This document shows positions 20,674-29,192 of a stretch of 64,000 nt of DNA, in pieces (positions within the stretch are counted from its first letter, which is position 1; each line of letters opens with the position of its first letter). This DNA is from Ostreococcus lucimarinus (taxonomy: Eukaryota), in NCBI GenBank assembly GCA_000092065.1, contig CP000583.1. One strand, written 5' to 3'. The notes under the pieces are model-generated. The model was not told where the DNA came from. It did not search any database and saw only the letters and a program-made list of their open reading frames with translations. The position numbers were made by a program, and so were the translations under genes.

Positions 20674-21711
20674 TCACGTTCCTGGAAGCTTAGGCACGAG
20701 CACCGGAGTCTTCCTTTTGTACGACTGATACCCCTCGTCCTTGCCCCATCTCTCATCGGCCATTCGTTCCAAAATTGGAATACCGCTCATCTTTGTCAGC
20801 AAGTAGGTGACGAAGAGTGGCGACGCAAACGCTCCGGCCGCTCGACCCGGATTCGACGCCGCCAAACCGTTGCAAGCGATTCCCGCGACCCCGAACCACA
20901 TGCAAATCTCGCCGAAGTAGTTCGGATGACGAGACAGGGACCACAAACCGTGCTTGATGTACTTGCCTTTGTTCGACTTGTCCGACTTGAAGGCAAACTT
21001 TTGTACGTCGGCGACGACTTCGAAGACGAACCCAAAGGCCCAAAACGCCGCCAGCGTCCAATCCACCGCGTTCAGATCCACCAATTGACCCGGAGACCCG
21101 TTCAACAGATACACCGGTAACGACGTCACCCACACCCACACGCCTTGGAGGAACCAATACACCGCGAACACCCCGGGCTTGTCCTTCACGCCGTCGAATC
21201 GCGAGTCCCCGCCGTCCCTGTGCGCCCTCGCGCCCAAGAATATCCCCAATCTCGCCGTCCACGCCATCGCGAGCGCGCTCGCGAGCTTCTGCCGCGGCAT
21301 CATCGCCGACGTCCCCAGCGTCAGCGCCGCCGTCGTCGCGAACGCCGCGCTCCCCAGAATGTCGTAAAACTTCTCCGTCCGCAGCGTCGCCGCCGCCGCC
21401 CAACCGACGAGCTGGATCCCAAAGTCCACGAGCGCCGCGCCGAGCATGCTCGACTGCATCGCGCCGCCGCCCATCCACGACAGCGCGTCCGCGCGCGTCA
21501 TCGCACGCGAGGGCGCGCGCGCGCGCGCGCCGAGCGACGTTCCCGCGCGCGTCGAACGCGCGCCCTCGCCCTCGCGTCCCGCGCGCCCTCGCGCCGCGCG
21601 CGCGCCGCGCTCGGGCGCGCGCGCGCGTCGACGCGCGCGCCAGGCGACGTCGCGCCGCGCGCCGTCGCCGAACCGCGAGAGCGCGCTCGCTCGACCGCCG
21701 AAGGGCGACAT
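20674..21711 (-). CDS. DUF1295 / steroid-5-alpha-reductase-like polytopic membrane protein
   Basis: ATG at 21711 (345 aa). An alternative ATG at 21501 ('MTRADALSW') sits just before the first TM. Multiple TM segments and the family signature 'LWSLSRHPNYFGEICMWFG'. Confidence 0.75.
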   Translation of the reverse strand: MSPFGGRASALSRFGDGARRDVAWRARRRARAPERGARAARGRAGREGEGARSTRAGTSLGARARAPSRAMTRADALSWMGGGAMQSSMLGAALVDFGIQLVGWAAAATLRTEKFYDILGSAAFATTAALTLGTSAMMPRQKLASALAMAWTARLGIFLGARAHRDGGDSRFDGVKDKPGVFAVYWFLQGVWVWVTSLPVYLLNGSPGQLVDLNAVDWTLAAFWAFGFVFEVVADVQKFAFKSDKSNKGKYIKHGLWSLSRHPNYFGEICMWFGVAGIACNGLAASNPGRAAGAFASPLFVTYLLTKMSGIPILERMADERWGKDEGYQSYKRKTPVLVPKLPGT

Positions 21712-21750
21712 GTGCGGCGGGGCGTCATCCGCATTCGTCGACGCGACGCC

Positions 21751-23445
21751 ATGTCGACGGCGACGCCGGCGCGCGCGGTCGCGCGCGCGCCGCCGCGATG
21801 GACCGGTAGGAGCGCGCGCGCGCGCGCGCGGGCGGTGACGCGCGCGGCGGAGGAGGACGACGCGCGAAGCGCGCGAGTGGTGGACTTGTTCGAAGCCGCG
21901 GCGACGCCCATGGGCGCGGCGGCGCGCGCGGAGGCGGCGATGGCGGCGGTGCGAGCGATGACGAGCGTGCGAGAGACGGCGACGTCGAAGACCGAGGCGG
22001 TGACGACGGGAGGAGGGGAAGGGGCGACGAGCGGGAGCGCGAGCGGGAGCGCGCCGAGGTCAACCGGGACGACGACCGGGGCGTCGGGCGCGGCTGACGG
22101 CGCGGTGATGAAGGGAGGGAGGTCCGCGAACGATTCAGGGTTGAAAAACACCGCGAAGAAGGCGTCGAAGCCGAAGGCGGAGACTTTCAACCCCGGGAGC
22201 GACTTTTGGACGTGGACGCCGCCGGAGGCGGCGGGTTCGGATAAAGTCGCCGCCGCCGCGGCGCCAAAGTTGCAGAGACAGACAGAGACTCGCGTGAGCG
22301 CGGCCGTGGCGGTCGCGGAGCGCGCGCCCGAGGCTTCGCTTCAGTTGAAGTTTCAAAGCGACGTCGAGACGCCGAGCGAGTTGAAGCTTGAATTCGAAAG
22401 CGACGTCGTTTTGGCGAAGGAACCGGCGCCGCTGAGCGACACGCCGACGGTGGAGCTAGAGGAAACTGCGACCGCCGTGCGCGAGCTCGGCGCAGATGGG
22501 GAAACCGAAGGTACACTTGAAAATGGTTCGAGGTGGTGGCGCGAGTCAGGCGAAGAGGAACTCGAAGGCGGGAAGCTGTGTCGATGGACGCTCGTCCGAG
22601 GCGCCTCCGCGGACGGTTCCGTCGAGTGGGAAGAAAAATGGTGGGAGACGAGCGATGCTTTCAACTATCGGGAACTCGGGGCGATCAAATCGGGGAGAGA
22701 CGCCAAGGGCAACGTGTGGCAAGAAAGCTGGCGTGAGCAAGTGACTCACGACACCACCACCGGTTTCTCAAACGCCTCGAAGCACATCATGAGAGAGGCG
22801 AACAAGTGGGGTGCGCAAGCCGACGGCGCCGAATGGCACGAAGTGTGGGACGAGAACTACTGGGGCGACGGTCAAGTGAAGCGTACATGTACAAAAAAAG
22901 GTGCGATCGCGAACGGCGCGACTCCAGACGACGGTCACGGTAATCGTTGGACGCACAAGTGGGGCGAGGAGTGGGACGGTCACGGTGGGTGCGTCAAGTG
23001 GACGGATTCCTTCGCCGACCGCGATCAGAGCGAGGACGGTGGAAGCGGACGTGCCTGGGGTGAAAAGTGGGAAGAACGATGGGGGGGATACGCTCACAAC
23101 GGGAGTGCGGGGAATCGCAACGGGAGCACATGGGACGATCGCGACGGGCACAAATTTGAGAAGACGTGGGGCGAGGAGCACTGGCACGACGGTCGCGTCC
23201 ACAAATGGGGCGCCACCACCGATGGTTCCGACGGTTGGGACACCTGGGAAGACAGTGCCGGTTGGTGGGAGCGCGCACCGAGCTTCGGATGGGACGAAGC
23301 CGTCTCGCACTCACCGCAACTCCTCAACGTCCCGCTTCGTCCGCGAGGCACCGGAGTCGAACCCGGAAAGAAAAAGTCCATCGGTCGAGCTCCCGGTCGA
23401 ACGATCAAGCCACCGCCGGGGTCGCGTCTTCACAATCCAGATTAG
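21751..23445 (+). CDS. Tryptophan-rich repeat protein, ESV1/LESV-like (putative plastid starch-granule-associated)
   Basis: The track ORF begins at 21145 as antisense of the neighbouring gene. ATG at 21751 ('MSTATPARAVARAPP...', transit-like), giving 564 aa. The C-terminal ~270 aa is built of irregular 'G..W.E.W' repeats: 'RWWRESGEEELEGGKLCRW', 'EWEEKWWETSD', 'RWTHKWGEEWDGHGGCVKW', 'AWGEKWEERWGG', 'KTWGEEHWHDGRVHKWG', ending '...GWDEAVSHSPQLLNV'. The family assignment is from my recollection of the ESV1/LESV Trp-rich domain and has not been searched. Confidence 0.55.
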   Translation: MSTATPARAVARAPPRWTGRSARARARAVTRAAEEDDARSARVVDLFEAAATPMGAAARAEAAMAAVRAMTSVRETATSKTEAVTTGGGEGATSGSASGSAPRSTGTTTGASGAADGAVMKGGRSANDSGLKNTAKKASKPKAETFNPGSDFWTWTPPEAAGSDKVAAAAAPKLQRQTETRVSAAVAVAERAPEASLQLKFQSDVETPSELKLEFESDVVLAKEPAPLSDTPTVELEETATAVRELGADGETEGTLENGSRWWRESGEEELEGGKLCRWTLVRGASADGSVEWEEKWWETSDAFNYRELGAIKSGRDAKGNVWQESWREQVTHDTTTGFSNASKHIMREANKWGAQADGAEWHEVWDENYWGDGQVKRTCTKKGAIANGATPDDGHGNRWTHKWGEEWDGHGGCVKWTDSFADRDQSEDGGSGRAWGEKWEERWGGYAHNGSAGNRNGSTWDDRDGHKFEKTWGEEHWHDGRVHKWGATTDGSDGWDTWEDSAGWWERAPSFGWDEAVSHSPQLLNVPLRPRGTGVEPGKKKSIGRAPGRTIKPPPGSRLHNPD

Positions 23446-23615
23446 TAAACGTATTATTTCGTTATTCCCGTGACGTCGATTACACGCAGCTTTCGATCGA
23501 GTACATGCTCGTGCGTGACTAGCCTCGCCGTAGGTCTCGTAGCAGGTTAACCAGAGACGCGACTCAGACCCATCCCACTCGTCGACGCCTCGCGCTCGCC
23601 GACGCGCTCCTCACG

Positions 23616-25649
23616 ATGCGCGTCGCGTCTGTCGCGTCGCGCGCCGTCGTCTCGCGCGCCTCGCCGCCGTCTCGCGCGTCCTCGCGCGCGCAATCGTCAC
23701 CGCCGTCGACGACCACGCCCGGCGGCGGCTCGCGGCGAATCGTCACCGCGCGCGCGAAGAAATCTTCGCGCGCGGGCGCGGGCGACGCCAAGTACGCGGT
23801 GAAAACGACGGAAGACGCGCTCAAGTACGACCCCACGAAGTCTCTCGCGGACGTCCTCGCGTCCAAGGACGACGCGGACGAAGCGAATGGGAATTCGAGC
23901 AACGACTGGGCGAGCTCGCTCGCGGCGTTTCGAGAAGAAAAGGCGACGAAGGATCGCACGCGAGCGGAGATGGGAGCGGAGATGGCGGACATGGAAAGGA
24001 AATCGAACGAAAGCGATGATTTGATGGACACGACGTGGGTGACGGAGGCTGGGACGGTCGCGAGACGAGAGTTTAGGGGATTGAACGCGGGAGAGGAGGA
24101 GGCGACGTTCGGAGACGACGAAGCCGAATTCGTGGCGTTTGGGACGAATGAGGACGACGGCGAGGAAGTTTGGGGACCCGGTGATGAAGGGTTTGAAGTG
24201 TACATGTACGATGACGATGATGACGAGGGGGAGGGTGAAGTCACTCAGGAACGGGGTCGGGGAATACCGCGGGAGATGCGGTGCTTTGACACGGCGAAAA
24301 TTTACGTAAAGGCTGGCGACGGCGGTGATGGTCAGGTTGCGTTCAGGCGAGAAAAGTTCGTGCCGCAAGGTGGACCATCGGGGGGTAACGGTGGGATCGG
24401 CGGCGCGGTGTATATTGTCGCCGATAAGAACATGAATTCTTTAGATGGATTTAGAAAAAAAGTGCACCATCGGGCCGAGGCGGGCAAACGGGGGCTCGGA
24501 TCGAAGTGTGCCGGCCGTAACGGTCGCGATTTGGAGATCTTGGTGCCACCCGGAACTATCATTCGCGACAGTCGGAGCAAAACAATCATCGCAGAGATCA
24601 CGAAGGCTGAACAGCGAGTGATGGTGCTCGCGGGCGGTCGAGGCGGTCGAGGGAACGCGTCCTTCAAGACGGCGAAGAATAAGGCTCCGATGATTGCGGA
24701 GTTGGGCGAAAAAGGACGTGAGTTCTGGGCTGAGATGGAACTCAAACTCGTCGCCGATGTGGGAATAATTGGCATACCCAACGCTGGGAAATCAACCTTA
24801 CTCGCGAGCGTGAGCGCGGCGAAACCAAAGATTGCCGACTACCCGTTTACGACCATCGTGCCAAATTTGGGCGTCGTAGAGCGCGACTACGAGCGCATGG
24901 TGTTTGCAGACATCCCGGGTTTGCTCGAAGGGGCGTCGGAAGGGATTGGTTTAGGTTTCGAGTTCCTTCGCCACACAAAGCGAACGCGCGTGCTCATTCA
25001 CGTCATCGACTGCGCGAGCGAGACGTGCTTTGAGGCGTACGACGCGATTCGCACCGAGCTCGAACTCTTCGACGAAGCCTTGCTCGAAAAGCCCGAAATC
25101 GTCGCTTTAAACAAAGTGGACGACATCGAAGCCACGGAGCGAGCGCTGCAAATGAAGGAAAAGTTTGACGCCGAGGGCATCTCTTCGCACTGCGTCTCCG
25201 CCGTCACGGGTGAGGGCGTGGAGGAGCTCCTCGCCGACGTCCAAGCCGCCCTTCGCGCCCTACCTCCGGTCGAAGATGCCTGGGCCGCTGATATCGCGGA
25301 AACGGGCGTGCGCGCCGCGGATGGAAAATCCATCGAAGATTTCACAATCGACGACACCCCGTACGCGTTCGTCGTCGCCGGCGAAGCCATCGAGCGTTTC
25401 ACGCAAATGACAAACTGGGACTATTTCGAGTCCTACAAGCGCTTCGGCCGCGTCCTCGAAATGGCTGGCATCGACGCCGCCCTCAACGCCGCGGGCGCGG
25501 GCGAGGGCGACCGTATCATCATCGGCGACTTCGAGTTCGAGTGGAGCAAGGACCGCCGCGACCGCACCCTGTACGAATCCTTCAGGCAACGCGTCGCCGA
25601 CGCCCCCGGCGGCCAGCGAGGCAGCCGCCACTGGCCCCACGCGTCGTGA
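23616..25649 (+). CDS. OBG: Obg/CgtA-family GTPase, organellar (ObgC-like)
   Basis: ATG at 23616; 677 aa. Long presequence plus acidic linker. Obg fold 'KIYVKAGDGGDGQVAFRREKFVPQGGPSGGNGGIGGAVY'. G1 'GIPNAGKST', G3 'DIPGLLEGA', G4 'NKVD'. C-terminal OCT/DUF1967-like 'RIIIGDFEFEW'. Confidence 0.92.
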   Translation: MRVASVASRAVVSRASPPSRASSRAQSSPPSTTTPGGGSRRIVTARAKKSSRAGAGDAKYAVKTTEDALKYDPTKSLADVLASKDDADEANGNSSNDWASSLAAFREEKATKDRTRAEMGAEMADMERKSNESDDLMDTTWVTEAGTVARREFRGLNAGEEEATFGDDEAEFVAFGTNEDDGEEVWGPGDEGFEVYMYDDDDDEGEGEVTQERGRGIPREMRCFDTAKIYVKAGDGGDGQVAFRREKFVPQGGPSGGNGGIGGAVYIVADKNMNSLDGFRKKVHHRAEAGKRGLGSKCAGRNGRDLEILVPPGTIIRDSRSKTIIAEITKAEQRVMVLAGGRGGRGNASFKTAKNKAPMIAELGEKGREFWAEMELKLVADVGIIGIPNAGKSTLLASVSAAKPKIADYPFTTIVPNLGVVERDYERMVFADIPGLLEGASEGIGLGFEFLRHTKRTRVLIHVIDCASETCFEAYDAIRTELELFDEALLEKPEIVALNKVDDIEATERALQMKEKFDAEGISSHCVSAVTGEGVEELLADVQAALRALPPVEDAWAADIAETGVRAADGKSIEDFTIDDTPYAFVVAGEAIERFTQMTNWDYFESYKRFGRVLEMAGIDAALNAAGAGEGDRIIIGDFEFEWSKDRRDRTLYESFRQRVADAPGGQRGSRHWPHAS

Positions 25650-25870
25650 AAACGTCAATCGCGCGCCCACCGTCGCCGTCGCGCGCCCGCGTCGTCGCCG
25701 CTGTAACCATCGAATCCAACGCGACGCCGCCTCCTCGCCGCGCCTCGCCACCGCCCCTCGGACGTCGACGCGCGCCCGAACGAAGCGCGCCTCTCCTCGC
25801 CCGCGCGGGACTCGAGCGCTCAACTGTACGCGCAAACAGTGTAAACAGCACCACCGCGATCGCGACATCG

Positions 25871-25948
25871 CGCGCGCCAATCGAAACGCGCGATCTCGCG
25901 ATCTCGCGATCTCGCGATCTCGCGCGCCAATCAAAACGCGCGATCTCG
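25871..25948. repeat. Duplicated CCAAT-containing 27-mer flanking a (CGCGATCT)4 array
   Basis: 'gcgcgccaatcgaaacgcgcgatctcg' at 25871 and 'gcgcgccaatcaaaacgcgcgatctcg' at 25921. Between them, 'cgcgatct' occurs 4 times (25889-25924). Confidence 0.85.
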
Positions 25949-26113
25949 ATCGTCGCGCGATGCGAGCCACTCGTCGTCGCGTCGTCGGCGCGTCGCGCCG
26001 CGACGTCGATCGGCACTCGCGCGCGCGCCGCGCGCGCCGCGCGCGCGCGCCCGGGAAGAAAACGAACGACGCGCGGTCGCGCGCGTCGGGACGTCGGGAC
26101 GTCGCGGTCGGGC

Positions 26114-26192
26114 GCGACGGTCGGGATAACGCGCGCGACGGTTGGGATAACGCCGCGACGGTTGGGATAACGCCGCGACGGTTGGGATAACG
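26114..26192. repeat. Four tandem ~20-bp units 'GCGACGGT(C/T)GGGATAACGC', 120-200 bp upstream of the bZIP ATG
   Basis: Read directly: 'gcgacggtcgggataacg', then 'cgcgcgacggttgggataacg', then 'ccgcgacggttgggataacg' twice. Confidence 0.9.
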
Positions 26193-26198
26193 CGCGCG

Positions 26199-26199
26199 A

Positions 26200-26242
<43 letters not shown>
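26199..26242. repeat. (GACGGC)7 hexanucleotide microsatellite
   Basis: 'gacggcgacggcgacggcgacggcgacggcgacggcgacggcg', read directly. Confidence 0.9.
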
Positions 26243-26243
<1 letters not shown>

Positions 26244-26312
26244 GGACGGCGAGGTGGGTGAGATCGAGGACGGGGATTCGCGCGACGCGCGCGCGATCGG
26301 GCGGGCGCGGCG

Positions 26313-26906
26313 ATGGCGGGACGGCGAGCGAGCGGTGGGGGGGGGGCGACGGCGAGCGACGGCGCGACGGGACGACGCGGGCGCGGGGCGAAGAAGAGCG
26401 AGAGCGGCGCGCGCGAGCGCGCGGAGAGAGAGAGGGCGCGGGAGGTCGAGACGGAGGAGGAGAACGCGCGATGGGACGTGCAAACGTATTTGGGTGGGTC
26501 GTCGCCGGCGCTCGCGCCGGCGACGTTATCGGGGTTACCGCCGTTTCCCATCGCGACTCAGATGCTGCAAAACATGACCCAAACGAACCCGTTTTGGGCA
26601 GCGCAAGCGATGCTCCATCGCGGGATCGCGATGGGGCAGAGCGCGGCGCTCCCGCAGGCGGGGGCGACGACGAACGGGGCGAGCGCGGCGACGGATGAGT
26701 TGACGCGGAAGAAATTGGCACGCAAGCAATCGAATCGCGATAGCGCGCGTAGAAGCCGGTTGCGCAAGCAGGCTGAAACGGTCGAGATAAACGTTAAAGT
26801 GAGCGAGCTCGAGCGAGAAGTCGTCGCGCTTCGTGAAGAAAATCAGCGTTTGAAAAAGCGCCTCGCCGAGAACGAAGGGCAACGTGAACGAAAAACGACA
26901 AAATGA
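26313..26906 (+). CDS. bZIP transcription factor (GBF/plant-type basic region)
   Basis: ATG at 26313; 197 aa. Basic region 'RKKLARKQSNRDSARRSRLRKQAE', followed by a zipper-like heptad region 'VKVSELEREVVALREENQRLKKRLAE'. Confidence 0.8.
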   Translation: MAGRRASGGGGATASDGATGRRGRGAKKSESGARERAERERAREVETEEENARWDVQTYLGGSSPALAPATLSGLPPFPIATQMLQNMTQTNPFWAAQAMLHRGIAMGQSAALPQAGATTNGASAATDELTRKKLARKQSNRDSARRSRLRKQAETVEINVKVSELEREVVALREENQRLKKRLAENEGQRERKTTK

Positions 26907-27158
26907 CAACCGCCGCAAAACTTGCGCGCGTACGCTTCGAAACGAGATCCTGTGAAGGACCGGTGTATTCACGTAGTTCTAATCTCTTTTCATCCAAGCT
27001 TCCCCCACTCGATTCTTTGAATACATATATTATCATTATTCTTTCACGTCTGCAACCCCGCGGGGAGAAACGTTTGCGCCGCGCTGCGAGTGTTTCGTGG
27101 CTACCGTTCATCGCCGTCCCTGACCTCTCACTCTTACAATTAACTATTGGCCTAAAGC

Positions 27159-29088
27159 CTACTGACCCTCCTGTTCGGGTTCGAGTTGAATCAAGTCGTC
27201 GATGCGGAGAATCGTAATCGCAGCTTCAGTGGCAAACTGGATGCTCTTCACCTTGCTCAACGCCGGCTCGAGGACACCGCTGGCGATGTTGTCGCGAAGT
27301 TCGCCCTTGACGAGATCCAAGCCCATCCCGGCGAGCTCTTCGTTACCTTGACTCTGTGCTTGATGATGAATAGCTCGAAGCTTGGCCACGAGATCGGTGG
27401 AATCCTTCGCAGCGTTGACAGAGAGTACCTTTGGGATGACCAAGAGCGCGTTGGCAAACTCGGCGATGGCGAGCTGCTCCCGGCTACCCAGAGTAGTCGC
27501 CATATTCTCCAGATAAATGCTCAACGCAGCTTCGACGGCGCCACCACCAGCGACAACCTTGCCACTTTCCAACGTCCTCTTCACGATGCACAGTGCGTCG
27601 TGCACCGAGCGGTCGATCTCGTCGAGCATATAATCGTTTGCGCCTCGCAAGAGAATTGTACACGATTGGGTGCTCGCGCAGTCCTTGATGACGACCATAT
27701 CATCATCAGCCACGCGTTGCTCCACCACTTCGCCCGCAGTGCCAAGCATGGACTCGTCGAAAGTTTCTCCACCATCCATGTCGGACAGAGACAGCATCAC
27801 TTGCGCCCCCGTCGCCTTGGCGATGCGGCGCAAATCATCACGATTGACGCGACGACAGGCGATAGCCCCAGCCTCGACGAAGTACTTGAGCGCCATATCA
27901 TCGATGCCCTTAGAACAGAGCACGACATTGGCACCGGCGGCTAAGATCATCTTGATGCGATTGGCGGTGATTTCAAACTCTTGCTCGCGAATCTTTTCGA
28001 GTTCCTTCGGGTCGTTCACCAGCACTTGAATCCCCATCAACATCTTTGTCTTCTGCAAGTTGAAGTCGATGCACGCAATCTTTGCATTCTTGACTAACTT
28101 TGGCATCCCTTCCGCCGCACGACCGAGGTTAAGGGCGTATCCGTGCAACACCGATGACTCCTTCAAGCTCTTCCCGTGCGCCTTCAAAATGTTGATCGCC
28201 TTGATGGGATACCTGACGTCGCCCATGTCGTTGTACGTCTTGATGCTCGTGCACGCATCGACGACCAAATCCGCAAAGAAATCTTCTTCGGCACCGATGA
28301 TTTTCGAGCTCATGCTCGTCTTTGCGCACTGCAACAAGGCTTCCTTCCCGAGCGTCTCCACGTCTCTCGCCAACTTACCTTCGACGTACTTGACGCTTTC
28401 TCGCATCGCCAACCTGAACCCAGCGATGATGTTCGTCGGGTGAATCTTATTCCTCACCAACTCATTCGCCCGCTTCAAAAGCTCCGCGGCGAGAATCACC
28501 ACCGAAGTCGTTCCATCTCCCACTTCCTGATCCTGCAACTCGGCGAGCTCGACCAAGATCTTCGCCGCCGGGTGTTCAATCTCTAAAAGTTTCAAAATCG
28601 TCGCCCCATCGTTCGTGATCGTCACGTCACCGATATCATCCACGAGCATCTACGCGTCAAACCCTTTCATTCCGTCAGTCCTCGTCCCTCACCGCGCGCG
28701 CGCATCGTTTCGTCGATTCTCCGCGTCTCGTCCTCAAAGTCAACGCCTTCGCGTCTTCGTCACGCGCCTTGTCCAGTCCCACCGGCCCGAGCGACGTCTT
28801 CACGATGTTCGCCACCGCCATGACCGCCGTCGCTGTTCGCATCCCGCGTCGCGCGCGCGTCGTCGTCAGTCTCCGTCTCCGTCTCCGTCTCCGTCTCCCC
28901 GCTCGAAGTCGCGCGTCCCGTCGATCGTCGATCGTCGATCGTCGTCCTCGTCCCATCGCGTTCGAGATCGCGTCCCTCGTTCGCTCGCGCTTCGTCGCTC
29001 GTCGTCGTCCGCGCGCCGCACCGTTCGTCTGTCGCACGTCCTGTCCGCTCTCGCGCTCGCCGAAGAAGACGTCGGATTGTCGTCGCAT
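27159..29088 (-). CDS. CCT1: T-complex protein 1 subunit alpha (CCT1/TCP-1 alpha chaperonin); 3 exons: 29088-29022, 28832-28768, 28649-27159
   Basis: The main ORF starts mid-motif at '[19 protein letters not shown]'. The upstream ORF holds '[15 protein letters not shown]' and '[22 protein letters not shown]'. Splicing gives the universal '...[61 protein letters not shown]'. Also '[11 protein letters not shown]' and 'VAGGGAVE'. Total 540 aa, in frame. Confidence 0.92.
28650..28767 (-). other. Spliceosomal intron (CCT1 intron 2, 118 nt), apparently GC-AG
   Basis: 'GLDK' must be followed directly by 'MLVDD'. The only junction that gives this is 'gacaag|gcgcgtgac ... gacgcgtag|atgctc', i.e. a GC donor. 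A frame-compatible GT-AG alternative (43 nt, donor 'gcg|gtgaggg') would insert 25 aa into the conserved motif. Confidence 0.65.
28833..29021 (-). other. Spliceosomal intron (CCT1 intron 1, 189 nt, GT-AG), containing (GTCTCC)5 and (GTCGATC)n microsatellites on the plus strand
   Basis: Donor 'aacg|gtgcggcgcg', acceptor 'gcgaacag|cgacggcggtc'. The phase-1 junction creates 'N-A-T-A-V'. Homology-supported. Confidence 0.85.
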
Positions 29089-29192
29089 GGCGCGCGGCGT
29101 CGCGCGTCGGCGAGTGGCGCGTCGGACGCGTTGACCGCGCGGCGCACTTCGCGTCGCGTCGCGTCGCGAGGCGACACAAGGCGTCGAGCGCG
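29089..29192. promoter_or_regulatory. 104-bp head-to-head spacer between the CCT1 and TYW1 start codons (putative bidirectional promoter)
   Basis: ATG at 29088 (minus, homology-anchored) and ATG at 29193 (plus) verified. Promoter function is inferred from the geometry only. Confidence 0.4.

Noticed and set aside
28650-28692. 43-nt GT-AG mini-intron as the true CCT1 intron 2.
   Set aside because: It is frame-compatible, but it would insert 25 Arg/Asp-rich residues between 'GLDK' and 'MLVDD' in an invariant chaperonin motif. The GC-AG model is preferred pending RNA data. It is kept as the stated alternative in the finding.
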